This document shows, one piece after another, positions 60,841-64,000 of a stretch of DNA of 64,000 nucleotides. The notes below the pieces were generated by a model, which made no database searches, was not told where the DNA came from, and saw nothing but the letters and a program-made list of their open reading frames with translations. The DNA comes from Candidatus Multivoradales bacterium (GTDB lineage Bacteria; Acidobacteriota; Thermoanaerobaculia; Multivoradales; J023). The DNA lies in the NCBI GenBank assembly GCA_965248925.1, contig CBDFLE010000006.1, positions 256,001 to 320,000 of the forward strand, in the 5' to 3' direction. Both the position numbers and the translations under genes were made by a program. Within the stretch, counting starts at the first letter, position 1. Each line of letters opens with the position of its first letter.

Positions 60841-61193
60841 GCGAGGCGGCCGGCCGCGGCGCACTCTTGCCATCCTCGCGGTGAGCGAAGGGGATTTCTT
60901 GCACCACCGTCGGCGCCAAGGCAGGCGATCAAACGGTCTTCGAAGGCGCGGTCAAGGTTGAGATCGAGGCGCTGAGCAATATCAAACGCACCGCCACTGG
61001 TATTGAGAAGCTACAGTTCGCCGTCGCCTACCGGATCTCTGGCTACTCAAGGATCCGTGCCACCCAACGCTAGCGCCCCACCCAACCAATGCTAGCCAAC
61101 AGACGCGGCTACTCTGTCCGCCTCTGCTCATTCTCTCCCGCCGCACAGTCAGAGAGTCTGCTAAGGTTTCTCAAACTCTTCTTCGGGGAACCC

Positions 61194-64000
61194 ATGAAAC
61201 TCGACCATGTTATGGATTTGCTGGACACGGCGGCTGCTTCGACGCTGGCGCAGATCCGGCGAGATCGACAGCGGGCACCAGCCAGGGTCAGCCAGTTCCT
61301 TACTCTCCTCGAACAGGAGGTCTTCACCACCAAGCTAAGCGTCAGCAAGCTGATGCAAACCTGCGGCATTCGCGACCGCGCCTTCTCGACGGCATTCAGT
61401 GCGGCGCTAGGTCTGAGTCCAGACCTCCTGACCTACCCCTCCTAACCCTCTGAAAACACAGGACCGCCCCTCAGAGGTGGTGCGGACCCAAAACTGTCCG
61501 CTTTTTTCGGTGCCGAGGCATGATCGAGCATGGCACTGACGAGCGAGCACACCGTCCTGTTCCCAGACCACGCCGGGGTCCCCGATGGGGTTGTGGTGAT
61601 CAACGACCGCTGCCGCCTCCAGCAGAGGGGCGGCTATCGGGTGGTGGTGGTCAGCGGCATGCCGCTCGCTCACTTCGCTGCCGGCGACAGGACAGGCGAG
61701 GCCCACGCGATGGTGAGTCTCGTTGAATTGGGCTGGGCACAGCAACGCGAGGTGGCCCTTGCGTTCGCTTGTGATGTGCGGACTGTGCGCCGGAATCAGC
61801 GCCGCTTCGAAGAAGGTGGGCTGGCTGCTCTGGGCCGGCCGCGCGGTTTTCCCCGGGGTCAGTCTCGGGTAGCGCAGGGCCGCCTGGACGCGGTCAACGG
61901 CTGGAAGGCCGAGGGTGTGTCGAATCGCGAGATTGGCCGGCGGCTGGGCATCGATGAGAAGGCCGTTCGCAAGCTCGCCAAGCGCCTGGGCTGGAAAGAG
62001 CGGTCGGTAGTGCAGATGACGATGCCCTTCGAGAGTGCGGACCCAAAACTGTCCGGCTCTGATGAGCAGCAGGTCGACGGCCCCCTGAAAACTGCGGATC
62101 TTGCGCTCGACGCTGAGGGTGGCGGTGACCCAGCGGCTGCGGACCCAAAACTGTCCGCTTCTGCGTCCGAGCAAGATCAGGTTCCCCTCTCGCTGGACCT
62201 CGATCCAGCGGATCGCGCCAGCGATCGGCTGCTGGCGAGGCTGGGATTCCTCGATGATGCGGCGCCGATCTTCGGAGCGGCGACCCAGCTACCGGGCGCC
62301 GGTGCTCTGCTGGCGATTCCCGCCCTGGTGGACAGCGGCGTGCTCTCCATCGCGCAGGAGCTGTACGGCAGCATCGGGCCGGCCTTCTATGGGCTGCGCA
62401 CCACTCTGGTAACCCTGCTGCTGATGGCACTGTTGCGGGTCAAGCGACCCGAAGGGCTCAAGGAGCGCTCACCCCGGCATTTGGGTCAGCTTCTCGGGCT
62501 CGACCGAGCGCCGGAAGTGAAAACCTTGCGCAACAAGCTCGCTCGGCTGGCCGCGCATGGCCTGGCCGCGGATCTCGGTCGCGCCCTCGCTCAGCGCCGG
62601 GTCGCCACCAGGGGCCATGCCATGGGCTTCCTCTACGTGGACGGGCATGTGCGCGCCTACCACGGTGGCCGAGAGATTCCCAAGACACACGTAGCGCGGA
62701 TGCGGATCGCGATGCCGGCCACCACCGACTACTGGGTCAACGATGCTGAGAGCGAGCCTCTCTTCGTGGTCCCCACCGAGGCCAACAAGGGGCTTGCGAC
62801 GATGCTTCCCCTCATTCTCGAAGAGGTACGAAAGCTACTCGGAGACCGGCGAGTCACCGTCGTCTTCGACCGTGGGGGTTGGAGCCCGAAGCTGTTTGCG
62901 AAGCTCATCGCCAAGAAGTTCGACATCCTCACATACCGAAAGGCCCCCTTTCGTCCGGTGCCGTTGAGCAAGTTCGGGCAGATCAAGGACACGATCCACG
63001 GTCGGAAGCTCGAGTACCTCCTCGCCGATCAGCGTATCTACCTCGAGTATGGCCCGAGGAAGAAGCGCAAGCGGCTGTACCTGCGCCAGGTCACCCGCCT
63101 CTGCGACAACGGCCACCAGACGTCCATCATCACCTCCCGCCGCGACCTCTCCACACTCGAGGTCGCCTACCGCATGTTCGATCGTTGGAGGCAAGAGAAC
63201 TTCTTCAAATACCTGCGCGAAGAATTCGCACTCGATGCCCTGGTGGACTATGGCACCGAGCCAGCGGACGCCGCCCGCGATGTGCCGAATCCCGAGCGCG
63301 GCAAGATCAATGCAGAGCTGCGCAAAGCTCACGCACATCTCGAGCAGCTCCGGGCCCACATCGGGATCGCTGCTCTTGAAAACCGCGAGGATCGGCGGCG
63401 CACGATGCGCGGATTCAAGATCGCCAACGCCGCCATCTCCGCCAGGGTCCGGGCAGCGATAGAGCAGATCACCGAACTCGAGAACCAGCGCGCGACCCTC
63501 CCCGTCCGCGTCCCCGTCCAAGAGGTCGTCGAAGCGGATGTCATCAAGCTGTCCGTCGAGCGCAAGCACCTCACCGATATTCTCAAGATGGTCGCCTACC
63601 AGGCCGAAGGTGATCTTCTCCGGCTCCTATCACCCCACTACCGCCGCACCGAGCAGGAGGGACGCACCCTGATCCAAAGCGCTTTCGCGGCCGGCGGCGA
63701 TATGGAGGTTACCGACACCGTGCTGCTCCTTTCCATCGACCCGCTCAGCTCTCCCCACAAGACGGCGGCGATCGCCGCCGTCTGCGAAGAACTCAACGCT
63801 ACCGCCACCCACTTCCCCGGCACCGAGCTACGGATGCGGTTCGCGATCAAGAAGGCGCCACCCCGGAGCCTGGCCTTCCCAGGGCCTCGGAACACCTCCG
63901 GAGAGGCTCAACCGGACATTTGAGAAAAAGGGTATGTCAGGAGTTCTGGAGTCCACGAAATTACATCGAAGCCTGCCGGATCCAGACTGCTGAACGTCTG
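61194..64000 (+). pseudogene. AraC-type HTH regulator interrupted by IS copy 2; continues beyond the window
   Basis: Removing the IS and one GAGTC restores FSAALGLSPRNYIEACRIQTAERL. Confidence 0.8.
61420..63948 (+). mobile_element. 2529-bp IS, copy 2, transposase 61530..63923
   Basis: Near-identical to copy 1; same IRs and GAGTC duplication. Confidence 0.9.

Noticed and set aside
56284-63948. Composite transposon or CRISPR-associated transposon formed by the two IS copies
   Set aside because: Each copy has its own target duplication and independent empty-site evidence; no TnsC or TniQ

Overview
GC-rich bacterial chromosomal window. Gene content (ECF sigma/kinase-TPR and sigma/anti-sigma/TPR-CHAT modules, an IFSDGFESG-tailed secreted protein) suggests Acidobacteriota such as Thermoanaerobaculia, by inference only. 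The left part holds hisS with two identical tRNA-His genes of an unusual type (no G-1, U72/A73), VapBC pairs, a lower-GC kinase/ECF island, secreted proteins, ISL3 and IS3 elements and a frameshifted ETF-QO. The centre-right (about 28.4-56.3 kb, minus strand) is a large type III (III-D-like) CRISPR-Cas locus with three arrays sharing a 35-bp repeat, two near-identical Cas6-RT-Cas1/Cas2/leader modules plus a remnant of a third, and an HD-less Cas10 effector operon. The main finding is a complete CBASS-like cassette (CHAT-SAVED protease effector, CD-NTase, E2) lying 36 bp upstream of cas10 in the same direction. Its CHAT-SAVED protein is the only recognisable cyclic-oligonucleotide receptor in the locus, which suggests a CBASS/type III CRISPR hybrid sharing one effector. 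An ECF sigma/anti-sigma/TPR-CHAT module lies further upstream. Two copies of a 2.5-kb IS that targets GAGTC end the window.
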